The notes: generated from the sequence alone by a model not told the origin. A stretch of DNA of 64,000 nt from Balanoglossus misakiensis (GCA_040954595.2 CM082585.2:2386902-2450901); one strand, 5' to 3'; positions 25,540-40,600 are shown, counted from the first letter of the stretch. A program made the numbers and translations.

Positions 25540-25617
25540 TCCATACTACTCAAGCAGCCGAGTTTCACCATTGGGAACACATACTGTAGTTGGACTGACC
25601 CTGTTTTACTATACAAA
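25540..25617 (+). other. 78-bp unpaired 3' tail of the PLE, present on the right arm only
   Basis: TCCATACTACT...ACTATACAAA has no mirror on the left and is not satellite. This matches the 3' extension known for PLE pLTRs. Confidence 0.8.
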
Positions 25618-25628
25618 CTCGTTTATTT
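25618..25628 (+). other. Right copy of the 11-bp target-site duplication of the PLE
   Basis: ...ATACAAA|CTCGTTTATTT ACCGATTTCTG; the satellite resumes 11 bp before the point where it broke on the left. Confidence 0.9.
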
Positions 25629-28600
25629 ACCGATTTCTGTTGTGATGCGCATAACACATAGATAGGCCTATGCGCATAAGGAAGTTTTCCACCAGACTCT
25701 GTAGATCGACGGATAGTTGTACAATTTCCATGGTTGCTTCCAAACAGCCTCGTTTATTTACCGATTTCTGTTGTGAGGCACAGAACACATGATAGGCCTA
25801 TGCGCATAAGACATTTTTCCACTAGACTCTGTAGATCGACGGATAGTTCTAAAATTTCCATGGTTGCTTCCAAACAGCCTCGTTTATTTACCGAATTCTG
25901 TTGTGAGGCGCAGAGCACGTAATAGGCCTATGCGCATAAGAAAGTTTTCCACCAGACTCTGTAGATCGACGGATAGTTGTAAAATTTCCATGGTTGCTTC
26001 CAAACAGCCTCGTTTATTTACCGATTTCTGTTGTGATGCGCAGAACACATAGATAGGCATATGTGCATAATAAAGTTTTCCACTAGACTCTGTAGATCGA
26101 GAGATAGTTCTAAAATTTCCATGGTTGCTTCCAAACACAGCCTCGTTTGTTTACAAAATTCTGTTGTGATGCGCAGAACACATATATAGGCCTATGCGCA
26201 TAATAACGTTTTCCACTAGACTCTGTAGATCGACGGATAGTTGTAAAATTTCCATGGTTGCTTCCAAACAGCCTCGTTTATTTACCGAATTCTGTTGTGA
26301 GGCGCAGAACACATAGATAGGCATATGTGCATAAGAAAGTTTTCCACTATAGACTCTGTAGATCGAGAGTTAGTTCTAAAATGTCCATGGTTGCTTCCAA
26401 ACACAGCCTCGTTTGTTTACAAAATTCTGTTGTGATGCGCAGAACACATATATAGGCCTATGCGCATAATAACGTTTTCCACTAGACTCTGTAGATCGAC
26501 GGATAGTTGTAAAATTTCCATGGTTGCTTCCAAACAGCCTCGTTTATTTACCGAATTCTGTTGTGAGGCGCAGAACACATGATAGGCCTATGCGCATGAG
26601 ACATTTTTCCACTAGACTCTGTAGATCGATGGATAGTTGTAAAATTTCATGGTTGCTTCCAAATACAGCCTCGTTTATTTAGCGATTTCTGTTGTGATGC
26701 GCATAACACATAGATAGGCCTATGCGCATAAGAACGTTTTCCACTAGACTTTGTAGATCGACGGATAGTTGTACAATGTCCATGGTTGCTTCCAAACAGC
26801 CTCGTTTATTTACCGAATTCTGTTGTGAGGCGCAGAACACGTAATAGGTCTATGCGCATAAGGAAGTTTTCCACCAGACTCTGTAGATCGACGGATAGTT
26901 GTAAAATTTCATGGTTGCTTCCAAATACAGCCTCGTTTATTTACCGATTTCTGTTGTGATGCGCATAACACATAGATAGGCCTATGCGCATAAGAACGTT
27001 TTCCACTAGACTCTGTAGATCGACGGATAGTTGTACAATTTCCATGGTTGCTTCCAAACAGCCTCGTTTATTTACCGATTTCTGTTGTGAGGCACAGAAC
27101 ACATGATAGGCCTATGCGCATAAGACATTTTTCCACTAGACTCTGTAGATCGACGGATAGTTCTAAAAGTTCCATGGTTGCTTCCAAACAGCCTCGTTTA
27201 TTTACCGAATTCTGTTGTGAGGCGCAGAGCACGTAATAGGCCTATGCGCATAAGAAAGTTTTCCACCAGACTCTGTAGATCGACGGATAGTTGTAAAATT
27301 TCCATGGTTGCTTCCAAACAGCCTCGTTTATTTACCGATTTCTGTTGTGATGCGCAGAACACATACATATGCCTATGCGCATAAGAAAGTTTCCCACTAG
27401 ACTCTGTAGATCGACGGATAGTTCTAAAATTTCCATGATTGCTTCCAAACACATCCTCGATTGTTTACAAAATTCTGTTGTGATGCGCAGAACACATATA
27501 TAGGCCTATGCGCATATGAATGTTTTCCACTATACTCCGTAGATCGACAGATAGTTCTAAAATTTCCATTGTTGCTTCCAAACAAAGCCTCGTTTGTTTA
27601 CAAAATTCTGTTGTGATGTGCATAACACATGATAGGCCTATGCGCACATGAACGTTTTTCCACTAGACTCTGTAGATCGACGGATAGTTCTAAAATTTAC
27701 ATGGTTGCTTCCAAACAGCCTCGTTTATTTACCGATTTCTGTTGTGAGGCGCAGAACACGTAATAGGCCTATGCGCATAAGAAAGTTTTCCACCAGACTC
27801 TGTAGATCGACGGATAGTTGTAAAATTTACATGGTTGCTTCCAAATACAGCCTCGTTTATTTACCGATTTCTGTTGTGATGCGCATAATACATAGATAGG
27901 CCTATGTGCATAATAAAGTTTTCCACTAGACTCTGTAGATCGAGAGATAGTTCTAAAATTTCCATGGTTGTTTCCAAACACAGCCTCGTTCATTTACAAA
28001 ATTCTGTTGTGATGCGCTGAACACATACATATGCCTATGCGCATAAGAAAGTTTCCCACTAGACTCTGTAGATCGACGGATAGTTCTAAAATTTCCATGA
28101 TTGCTTCCAAACACATCCTCGATTGTTTACAAAATTCTGTTGTGATGCGCAGAACACATATATAGGCCTATGCGCATATGAACGTTTTCCACTATACTCC
28201 GTAGATCGACGGATAGTTCTAAAATTTCCATTGTTGCTTCCAAACAGCCTCGTTTATTTACCGAATTCTGTTGTGAGGCGCAGAACACGTAATAGGCCTA
28301 TGCGCATAAGAAACTTTTCAACTTTAGATCGAGAGATAGTTCTAAAATTTCCATGGTTGTTTCCAAACACAGCCTCGTTCATTTACAAAATTCTGTTGTG
28401 ATGCGCAGAACACATATATAGGCCTATGCGCATATGAACGTTTTCCACTATACTCCGTAGATCGACAGATAGTTCTAAAATTTCCAATGTTGCTTCCAAA
28501 CAAAGCCTCGTTTGTTTACAAAATTATGTTGTGATGTGCATAACACATGATAGCATATGCGCATATGAACGTTTTCCACTATACTCTGTAGATCGAGAGA

Positions 28601-31600
28601 TAGTTCTAAAATTTCCACGGTTGCTTCCAAACAAAGCCTCGTTTGTTTACAAAATTATGTTGTGATGTGCATAACACATGATAGGCCTATGCGCATATGA
28701 ACGTTTTCCACTATACTCTGTAGATCGAGAGATAGTTCTAAAATTTCCACGGTTGCTTCCAAACAAAGCCTCGTTTGTTTACAAAATTATGTTGTGATGT
28801 GCATAACACATGATAGGCCTATGCGCATATGAACGTTTTCCACTATACTCAGTAGATCGAGAGATAGTTCTAAAATTTCCATTGTTGCTTCCAAACAAAG
28901 CCTCGTTTGTTTACAAAATTCTGTTGTGATGCGCAGAACACATATATAGGCCTATGCGCATAATAACGTTTTCCACTAGACTCTGTAGATCGACGGATAG
29001 TTGTAAAATTTCCATGGTTGCTTCCAAACAGCCTCGTTTATTTACCGAATTCTGTTGTGAGGCGCAGAACACATAGATAGGCATATGTGCATAAGAAAGT
29101 TTTCCACTATAGACTCTGTAGATCGAGAGATAGTTCTAAAATGTCCATGGTTGCTACCAAACACAGCCTCGTTTGTTTACAAAATTCTGTTGTGATGCGC
29201 AGAACACATATATAGGCCTATGCGCATAAGAACGTTTCCACTAGACTCTGTAGATCGACGGATAGCTGTAAAATTTCCATGGTTGCTTCCAAACAGCCTC
29301 GTTTATTTACCGATTTCTGTTGTGATGCGCAGAACACATAGATAGGCATATGTGCATAATAAAGTTTTCCACTAGACTCTGTAGATCGAGAGATAGTTCT
29401 AAAATTTCCATGGTTGCTTCCAAACACAGCCTCGTTTGTTTACAAAATTCTGTTGTGATGCGCAGAACACATATATAGGCCTATGCGCATAATAACGTTT
29501 TCCACTAGACTCTGTAGATCGACGGATAGTTGTAAAATTTCCATGGTTGCTTCCAAACAGCCTCGTTTATTTACCGAATTCTGTTGTGAGGCGCAGAACA
29601 CATAGATAGGCATATGTGCATAAGAAAGTTTTCCACTATAGACTCTGTAGATCGAGAGATAGTTCTAAAATGTCCATGGTTGCTTCCAAACACAGCCTCG
29701 TTTGTTTACAAAATTCTGTTGTGATGCGCAGAACACATATATAGGCCTATGCGCATAATAACGTTTTCCACTAGACTCTGTAGATCGACGGATAGTTGTA
29801 AAATTTCCAAACAGCCTCGTTTATTTACCGAATTCTGTTGTGAGGCGCAGAACACATAGATAGGCATATGTGCATAAGAAAGTTTTCCACTATAGACTCT
29901 GTAGATCGAGAGATAGTTCTAAAATGTCCATGGTTGCTACCAAACACAGCCTCGTTTGTTTACAAAATTCTGTTGTGATGCGCAGAACACATATATAGGC
30001 CTATGCGCATATGAACGTTTCCACTAGACTATGTAGATCGACGGATAGCTGTAAAATTTCCATGGTTGCTTCCAAACAGCCTCGTTTATTTACCGATTTC
30101 TGTTGTGAGGCGCAGAACACATGATAGGCCTATGCGCATGAGACATTTTTCCACTAGACTCTGTAGATCGACGGATAGTTGTAAAATTTCATGGTTGCTT
30201 CCAAATACAGCCTCGTTTATTTAGCGATTTCTGTTGTGATGCGCATAACACATAGATAGGCCTATGCGCATAAGAACGTTTTCCACTAGACTTTGTAGAT
30301 CGACGGATAGTTGTACAATGTCCATGGTTGCTTCCAAACAGCCTCGTTTATTTACCGAATTCTGTTGTGAGGCGCAGAACACGTAATAGGTATATGCGCA
30401 TAAGGAAGTTTTCCACCAGACTCTGTAGATCGACGGATAGTTGTAAAATTTCATGGTTGCTTCCAAATACAGCCTCGTTTATTTACCGATTTCTGTTGTG
30501 ATGCGCATAACACATAGATAGGCCTATGCGCATAAGAACGTTTTCCACTAGACTCTGTAGATCGACGGATAGTTGTACAATGTCCATGGTTGCTTCCAAA
30601 CAGCCTCGTTTATTTACCGAATTCTGTTGTGAGGCGCAGAACACGTAATAGGTCTATGCGCATAAGGAAGTTTTCCACCAGACTCTGTAGATCGACGGAT
30701 AGTTGTAAAATTTCATGGTTGCTTCCAAATACAGCCTCGTTTATTTACCGATTTCTGTTGTGATGCGCATAACACATAGATAGGCCTATGCGCATAAGAA
30801 CGTTTTCCACTAGACTCTGTAGATCGACGGATAGTTGTACAATTTCCATGGTTGCTTCCAAACAGCCTCGTTTATTTACCGATTTCTGTTGTGAGGCACA
30901 GAACACATGATAGGCCTATGCGCATAAGACATTTTTCCACTAGACTCTGTAGATCGACGGATAGTTCTAAAATTTCCATGGTTGCTTCCAAACAGCCTCG
31001 TTTATTTACCGAATTCTGTTGTGAGGCGCAGAGCACGTAATAGGCCTATGCGCATAAGAAAGTTTTCCACCAGACTCTGTAGATCGACGGATAGTTGTAA
31101 AATTTCCATGGTTGCTTCCAAACAGCCTCGTTTATTTACCGATTTCTGTTGTGATGCGCAGAACACATAGATAGGCATATGTGCATAATAAAGTTTTCCA
31201 CTAGACTCTGTAGATCGAGAGATAGTTCTAAAATGTCCATGGTTGCTTCCAAACACAGCCTCGTTTGTTTACAAAATTCTGTTGTGATGCGCAGAACACA
31301 TATATAGGCCTATGCGCATAATAACGTTTTCCACTAGACTCTGTAGATCGACGGATAGTTGTAAAATTTCCATGGTTGCTTCCAAACAGCCTCGTTTGTT
31401 TACAAAATTCTGTTGTGATGCGCAGAACACATATATAGGCCTATGCGCATAATAACGTTTTCCACTAGACTCTGTAGATCGACGGATAGTTGTAAAATTT
31501 CCATGGTTGCTTCCAAACAGCCTCGTTTATTTACCGAATTCTGTTGTGAGGCGCAGAACACATAGATAGGCATATGTGCATAAGAAAGTTTTCCACTATA

Positions 31601-34600
31601 GACTCTGTAGATCGAGAGATAGTTCTAAAATGTCCATGGTTGCTTCCAAACACAGCCTCGTTTGTTTACAAAATTCTGTATATATAGGCCTATGCGCATA
31701 AGAACGTTTCCACTAGACTCTGTAGATCGACGGATAGCTGTAAAATTTCCATGGTTGCTTTTAAACAGCCTCGTTTATTTACCGATTTCTGTTGTGAGGC
31801 GCAGAACACATAGATAGGCCTATGTGCATAAGAAAGTTTTCCACTATAGACTCTGTAGATCGAGAGATAGTTCTAAAATGTCCATGGTTGCTTCCAAACA
31901 CAGCCTCGTTTATTTACCGATTTCTGTTGTGATGCGCATAACACATAGATAGGCCTATGCGCATAAGAACGTTTTCCACTAGACTCTGTAGATCGACGGA
32001 TAGTTGTACAATTTCCATGGTTGCTTCCAAACAGCATCGTTTATTTACCGAATTCTGTTGTGAGGCGCAGAACACGTAATAGGTCTATGCGCATAAGGAA
32101 GTTTTCCACCAGACTCTGTAGATCGACGGATAGTTGTAAAATTTCATGATTGCTTCCAAATACAGCCTCGTTTATTTACCGATTTCTGTTGTGATGCGCA
32201 TAACACATAGATAGGCCTATGCGCATAAGAACGTTTTCCACTAGACTATGTAGATCGACGGATAGTTGTACAATTTCCATGGTTGCTTCCAAACAGCCTC
32301 GTTTATTTACCGATTTCTGTTGTGAGGCGCAGAACACATGATAGGCCTATGCGCATAAGACATTTTTCCACTAGACTCTGTAGATCGACGGATAGTTCTA
32401 AAATTTCCATTGTTGCTTCCAAACAGCCTCGTTTATTTACCGAATTCTGTTGTGAGGCGCAGAACACGTAATAGGCCTATGCGCATAAGAAACTTTTCAA
32501 CTTTAGATCGAGAGATAGTTCTAAAATTTCCATGGTTGTTTCCAAACACAGCCTCGTTCATTTACAAAATTCTGTTGTGATGCGCTGAACACATACATAT
32601 GCCTATGCGCATAAGAAAGTTTCCCACTAGACTCTGTAGATCGACGGATAGTTCTAAAATTTCCATGATTGCTTCCAAACACATCCTCGATTGTTTACAA
32701 AATTCTGTTGTGATGCGCAGAACACATATATAGGCCTATGCGCATATGAACGTTTTCCACTATACTCCGTAGATCGACGGATAGTTCTAAAATTTCCATT
32801 GTTGCTTCCAAACAGCCTCGTTTATTTACCGAATTCTGTTGTGAGGCGCAGAACACGTAATAGGCCTATGCGCATAAGAAACTTTTCAACTTTAGATCGA
32901 GAGATAGTTCTAAAATTTCCATGGTTGTTTCCAAACACAGCCTCGTTCATTTACAAAATTCTGTTGTGATGCGCTGAACACATACATATGCCTATGCGCA
33001 TAAGAAAGTTTCCCACTAGACTCTGTAGATCGACGGATAGTTCTAAAATTTCCATGATTGCTTCCAAACACATCCTCGATTGTTTACAAAATTCTGTTGT
33101 GATGCGCAGAACACATATATAGGCCTATGCGCATATGAACGTTTTCCACTATACTCCGTAGATCGACAGATAGTTGTAAAATTTCATGGTTGCTTCCAAA
33201 TACAGCCTCGTTTATTTAGCGATTTCTGTTGTGATGCGCATAACACATAGATAGGCCTATGCGCATAAGAACGTTTTCCACTAGACTTTGTAGATCGACG
33301 GATAGTTGTACAATGTCCATGGTTGCTTCCAAACAGCCTCGTTTATTTACCGAATTCTGTTGTGAGGCGCAGAACACGTAATAGGTCTATGCGCATAAGG
33401 AAGTTTTCCACCAGACTCTGTAGATCGACGGATAGTTGTAAAATTTCATGGTTGCTTCCAAATACAGCCTCGTTTATTTACCGATTTCTGTTGTGATGCG
33501 CATAACACATAGATAGGCCTATGCGCATAAGAACGTTTTCCACTAGACTCTGTAGATCGACGGATAGTTGTACAATTTCCATGGTTGCTTCCAAACAGCC
33601 TCGTTTATTTACCTATTTCTGTTGTGAGGCACAGAACACATGATAGGCCTATGCGCATAAGACATTTTTCCACTAGACTCTGTAGATCGACGGATAGTTG
33701 TAAAATTTCCATGGTTGCTTCCAAACAGCCTCGTTTATTTACCGATTTCTGTTGTGATGCGCAGAACACATAGATAGGCATATGTGCATAATAAAGTTTT
33801 CCACTAGACTCTGTAGATCGAGAGATAGTTCTAAAATTTCCATGATTGCTTCCAAACACAGCCTCGTTTGTTTACAAAATTCTGTTGTGAAGCGCAGAAC
33901 ACATATATAGGCCTATGCGCATAATAACGTTTTCCACTAGACTCTGTAGATCGACGGATAGTTCTAAAATTTCCATGGTTGCTTCCAAACAGCCTCGTTT
34001 ATTTACCGAATTCTGTTGTGAGGCGCAGAGCACGTAATAGGCCTATGCGCATAAGAAAGTTTTCCACCAGACTCTGTAGATCGACGGATAGTTGTAAAAT
34101 TTCCATGGTTGCTTCCAAACAGCCTCGTTTATTTACCGATTTCTGTTGTGATGCGCAGAACACATAGATAGGCATATGTGCATAATAAAGTTTTCCACTA
34201 GACTCTGTAGATCGAGAGATAGTTCTAAAATTTCCATGGTTGCTTCCAAACACAGCCTCGTTTGTTTACAAAATTCTGTTGTGATGCGCAGAACACATAT
34301 ATAGGCCTATGCGCATAATAACGTTTTCCACTAGACTCTGTAGATCGACGGATAGTTGTAAAATTTCCATGGTTGCTTCCAAACAGCCTCGTTTATTTAC
34401 CGAATTCTGTTGTGAGGCGCAGAACACATAGATAGGCATATGTGCATAAGAAAGTTTTCCACTATAGACTCTGTAGATCGAGAGATAGTTCTAAAATGTC
34501 CATGGTTGCTTCCAAACACAGCCTCGTTTGTTTACAAAATTCTGTTGTGATACGCAGAACACATATATAGGCCTATGCGCATAAGAACGTTTCCACTAGA

Positions 34601-37600
34601 CTCTGTAGATCGACGGATAGCTGTAAAATTTCCATGGTTGCTTTTAAACAGCCTCGTTTATTTACCGATTTCTGTTGTGAGGCGCAGAACACATAGATAG
34701 GCATATGTGCATAAGAAAGTTTTCCACTATAGACTCTGTAGATCGAGAGATAGTTCTAAAATGTCCATGGATGCTTCCAAACACAGCCTCGTTTATTTAC
34801 CGATTTCTGTTGTGATGCGCATAACACATAGATAGGCCTATGCGCATAAGAACGTTTTCCACTAGACTCTGTAGATCGACGGATAGTTGTACAATTTCCA
34901 TGGTTGCTTCCAAACAGCATCGTTTATTTACCGAATTCTGTTGTGAGGCGCAGAACACGTAATAGGTCTATGCGCATAAGGAAGTTTTCCACCAGACTCT
35001 GTAGATCGACGGATAGTTGTAAAATTTCATGATTGCTTCCAAATACAGCCTCGTTTATTTACCGATTTCTGTTGTGATGCGCATAACACATAGATAGGCC
35101 TATGCGCATAAGAACGTTTTCCACTAGACTATGTAGATCGACAGATAGTTGTACAATTTCCATGGTTGCTTCCAAACAGCCTCGTTTATTTACCGATTTC
35201 TGTTGTGAGGCGCAGAACACATGATAGGCCTATGCGCATAAGACATTTTTCCACTAGACTCTGTAGATCGACGGATAGTTCTAAAATTTCCATGGTTGCT
35301 TCCAAACAGCCTCGTTTATTTACCGAATTCTGTTGTGAGGCGCAGAGCACGTAATAGGCCTATGCGCATAATAAAGTTTCCCACTAGACTCTGTAGATCG
35401 ACGGATAGTTCTAAAATTTCCATGATTGCTTCCAAACACATCCTCGATTGTTTACAAAATTCTGTTGTGATGCGCAGAACACATATATAGGCCTATGCGC
35501 ATATGAACGTTTTCCACTATACTCCGTAGATCGACAGATAGTTCTAAAATTTCCATTGTTGCTTCCAAACAAAGCCTCGTTTGTTTACAAAATTCTGTTG
35601 TGATGTGCATAACACATGATAGGCCTATGCGCACATGAACGTTTTTCCACTAGACTCTGTAGATCGACGGATAGTTCTAAAATTTACATGGTTGCTTCCA
35701 AACAGCCTCGTTTATTTACCGATTTCTGTTGTGAGGCGCAGAACACGTAATAGGCCTATGCGCATAAGAAAGTTTTCCACCAGACTCTGTAGATCGACGG
35801 ATAGTTGTAAAATTTACATGGTTGCTTCCAAATACAGCCTCGTTTATTTACCGATTTCTGTTGTGATGCGCATAATACATAGATAGGCCTATGTGCATAA
35901 TAAAGTTTTCCACTAGACTCTGTAGATCGAGAGATAGTTCTAAAATTTCCATGGTTGTTTCCAAACACAGCCTCGTTCATTTACAAAATTCTTTTGTGAT
36001 GCGCTGAACACATACATATGCCTATGCGCATAAGAAAGTTTCCCACTAGACTCTGTAGATCGACGGATAGTTCTAAAATTTCCATGATTGCTTCCAAACA
36101 CATCCTCGATTGTTTACAAAATTCTGTTGTGATGCGCAGAACACATATATAGGCCTATGCGCATAAGAACGTTTTCCACTAGACTCTGTAGATCGACGGA
36201 TAGTTGTACAATTTCCATGGTTGCTTCCAAACAGCCTCGTTTATTTACCTATTTCTGTTGTGAGGCACAGAACACATGATAGGCCTATGCGCATAAGACA
36301 TTTTTCCACTAGACTCTGTAGATCGACGGATAGTTCTAAAATTTCCATGGTTGCTTCCAAACAGCCTCGTTTATTTACCGAATTCTGTTGTGAGGCGCAG
36401 AGCACGTAATAGGCCTATGCGCATAAGAAAGTTTTCCACCAGACTCTGTAGATCGACGGATAGTTGTAAAATTTCATGGTTGCTTCCAAATACAGCCTCG
36501 TTTATTTACCGATTTCTGTTGTGATGCGCATAACACATAGATAGGCCTATGCGCATAAGAACGTTTTCCACTAGACTCTGTAGATCGACGGATAGTTGTA
36601 CAATTTCCATGGTTGCTTCCAAACAGCCTCGTTTATTTACCTATTTCTGTTGTGAGGCACAGAACACATGATAGGCCTATGCGCATAAGACATTTTTCCA
36701 CTAGACTCTGTAGATCGACGGATAGTTGTAAAATTTCCATGGTTGCTTCCAAACAGCCTCGTTTATTTACCGATTTCTGTTGTGATGCGCAGAACACATA
36801 GATAGGCATATGTGCATAATAAAGTTTTCCACTAGACTCTGTAGATCGAGAGATAGTTCTAAAATTTCCATGATTGCTTCCAAACACAGCCTCGTTTGTT
36901 TACAAAATTCTGTTGTGAAGCGCAGAACACATATATAGGCCTATGCGCATAATAACGTTTTCCACTAGACTCTGTAGATCGACGGATAGTTCTAAAATTT
37001 CCATGGTTGCTTCCAAACAGCCTCGTTTATTTACCGAATTCTGTTGTGAGGCGCAGAGCACGTAATAGGCCTATGCGCATAAGAAAGTTTTCCACCAGAC
37101 TCTGTAGATCGACGGATAGTTGTAAAATTTCCATGGTTGCTTCCAAACAGCCTCGTTTATTTACCGATTTCTGTTGTGATGCGCAGAACACATAGATAGG
37201 CATATGTGCATAATAAAGTTTTCCACTAGACTCTGTAGATCGAGAGATAGTTCTAAAATTTCCATGGTTGCTTCCAAACACAGCCTCGTTTGTTTACAAA
37301 ATTCTGTTGTGATGCGCAGAACACATATATAGGCCTATGCGCATAATAACGTTTTCCACTAGACTCTGTAGATCGACGGATAGTTGTAAAATTTCCATGG
37401 TTGCTTCCAAACAGCCTCGTTTATTTACCGAATTCTGTTGTGAGGCGCAGAACACATAGATAGGCATATGTGCATAAGAAAGTTTTCCACTATAGACTCT
37501 GTAGATCGAGAGATAGTTCTAAAATGTCCATGGTTGCTTCCAAACACAGCCTCGTTTGTTTACAAAATTCTGTTGTGATACGCAGAACACATATATAGGC

Positions 37601-40600
37601 CTATGCGCATAAGAACGTTTCCACTAGACTCTGTAGATCGACGGATAGCTGTAAAATTTCCATGGTTGCTTTTAAACAGCCTCGTTTATTTACCGATTTC
37701 TGTTGTGAGGCGCAGAACACATAGATAGGCATATGTGCATAAGAAAGTTTTCCACTATAGACTCTGTAGATCGAGAGATAGTTCTAAAATGTCCATGGAT
37801 GCTTCCAAACACAGCCTCGTTTATTTACCGATTTCTGTTGTGATGCGCATAACACATAGATAGGCCTATGCGCATAAGAACGTTTTCCACTAGACTCTGT
37901 AGATCGACGGATAGTTGTACAATTTCCATGGTTGCTTCCAAACAGCATCGTTTATTTACCGAATTCTGTTGTGAGGCGCAGAACACGTAATAGGTCTATG
38001 CGCATAAGGAAGTTTTCCACCAGACTCTGTAGATCGACGGATAGTTGTAAAATTTCATGATTGCTTCCAAATACAGCCTCGTTTATTTACCGATTTCTGT
38101 TGTGATGCGCATAACACATAGATAGGCCTATGCGCATAAGAACGTTTTCCACTAGACTATGTAGATCGACAGATAGTTGTACAATTTCCATGGTTGCTTC
38201 CAAACAGCCTCGTTTATTTACCGATTTCTGTTGTGAGGCGCAGAACACATGATAGGCCTATGCGCATAAGACATTTTTCCACTAGACTCTGTAGATCGAC
38301 GGATAGTTCTAAAATTTCCATGGTTGCTTCCAAACAGCCTCGTTTATTTACCGAATTCTGTTGTGAGGCGCAGAGCACGTAATAGGCCTATGCGCATAAT
38401 AAAGTTTCCCACTAGACTCTGTAGATCGACGGATAGTTCTAAAATTTCCATGATTGCTTCCAAACACATCCTCGATTGTTTACAAAATTCTGTTGTGATG
38501 CGCAGAACACATATATAGGCCTATGCGCATATGAACGTTTTCCACTATACTCCGTAGATCGACAGATAGTTCTAAAATTTCCATTGTTGCTTCCAAACAA
38601 AGCCTCGTTTGTTTACAAAATTCTGTTGTGATGTGCATAACACATGATAGGCCTATGCGCACATGAACGTTTTTCCACTAGACTCTGTAGATCGACGGAT
38701 AGTTCTAAAATTTACATGGTTGCTTCCAAACAGCCTCGTTTATTTACCGATTTCTGTTGTGAGGCGCAGAACACGTAATAGGCCTATGCGCATAAGAAAG
38801 TTTTCCACCAGACTCTGTAGATCGACGGATAGTTGTAAAATTTACATGGTTGCTTCCAAATACAGCCTCGTTTATTTACCGATTTCTGTTGTGATGCGCA
38901 TAATACATAGATAGGCCTATGTGCATAATAAAGTTTTCCACTAGACTCTGTAGATCGAGAGATAGTTCTAAAATTTCCATGGTTGTTTCCAAACACAGCC
39001 TCGTTCATTTACAAAATTCTTTTGTGATGCGCTGAACACATACATATGCCTATGCGCATAAGAAAGTTTCCCACTAGACTCTGTAGATCGACGGATAGTT
39101 CTAAAATTTCCATGATTGCTTCCAAACACATCCTCGATTGTTTACAAAATTCTGTTGTGATGCGCAGAACACATATATAGGCCTATGCGCATATGAACGT
39201 TTTCCACTATACTCCGTAGATCGACAGATAGTTCTAAAATTTCCAATGTTGCTTCCAAACAAAGCCTCGTTTGTTTACAAAATTATGTTGTGATGTGCAT
39301 AACACATGATAGGCCTATGCGCATATGAACGTTTTCCACTATACACTGTAGATCGAGAGATAGTTCTAAAATTTCCATGGTTGCTTCCAAACAGCCTCGT
39401 TTATTTACCGAATTCTGTTGTTAGGCGCAGAACACGTAATAGGCCTATGCGCATAAGAAAGTTTTCCACCAAACTCTGTAGATCGACGGATAGTTGTAAA
39501 ATTTACATGGTTGCTTCCAAATACAGCCTCGTTTATTTAGCGATTTCTGTTGTGATGCGCATAATACATAGATAGGCAAATGTGCATAATAAAGTTTTCC
39601 ACTAGACTCTGTAGATCGAGAGATAGTTCTAAAATTTCCATGGTTGTTTCCAAACACAGCCTCGTTCATTTACAAAATTCTGTTGTGATGCGCTGAACAC
39701 ATACATATGCCTATGCGCATAAGAAAGTTTCCCACTAGACTCTGTAGATCGACGGATAGTTCTAAAATTTCCATGATTGCTTCCAAACACATCCTCGATT
39801 GTTTACAAAATTATGTTGTGATGCGCAGAACACATATATAGGCCTATGCGCATATGAACGTTTTCCACTATACTCTGTAGATCGAGAGATAGTTCTAAAA
39901 TTTCCACGGTTGCTTCCAAACAAAGCCTCGTTTGTTTACAAAATTATGTTGTGATGTGCATAACACATGATAGGCCTATGCGCATATGAACGTTTTCCAC
40001 TATACACTGTAGATCGAGAGATAGTTCTAAAATTTCCATGGTTGTTTCCAAACACAGCCTCGTTCATTTACAAAATTCTGTTGTGATGCGCAGAACACAT
40101 ATATAGGCCTATGCGCATATGAACGTTTTCCACTATACTCCGTAGATCGACAGATAGTTCTAAAATTTCCAATGTTGCTTCCAAACAAAGCCTCGTTTGT
40201 TTACAAAATTATGTTGTGATGTGCATAACACATGATAGCATATGCGCATATGAACGTTTTCCACTATACTCTGTAGATCGAGAGATAGTTCTAAAATTTC
40301 CACGGTTGCTTCCAAACAAAGCCTCGTTTGTTTACAAAATTATGTTGTGATGTGCATAACACATGATAGGCCTATGCGCATATGAACGTTTTCCACTATA
40401 CTCTGTAGATCGAGAGATAGTTCTAAAATTTCCACGGTTGCTTCCAAACAAAGCCTCGTTTGTTTACAAAATTATGTTGTGATGTGCATAACACATGATA
40501 GGCCTATGCGCATATGAACGTTTTCCACTATACTCAGTAGATCGAGAGATAGTTCTAAAATTTCCATTGTTGCTTCCAAACAAAGCCTCGTTTGTTTACA

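Larger units (their letters stand above)
19815..25617. mobile_element. Penelope-like element (PLE, Neptune-like) insertion, inverted-duplicated (palindromic)
   Basis: Non-satellite sequence interrupts one monomer, which resumes in register afterwards. It encodes RT + GIY-YIG on both strands and is flanked by the 11-bp direct repeat CTCGTTTATTT (19804-19814 and 25618-25628). Confidence 0.96.

Noticed and set aside
19783-25540. Small ORFs overlapping the PLE ORFs and UTRs (e.g. 19783-20094, 21150-21374, 25236-25478)
   Set aside because: They are antisense or off-frame shadows, duplicated only because of the palindrome, and have no recognisable motifs.
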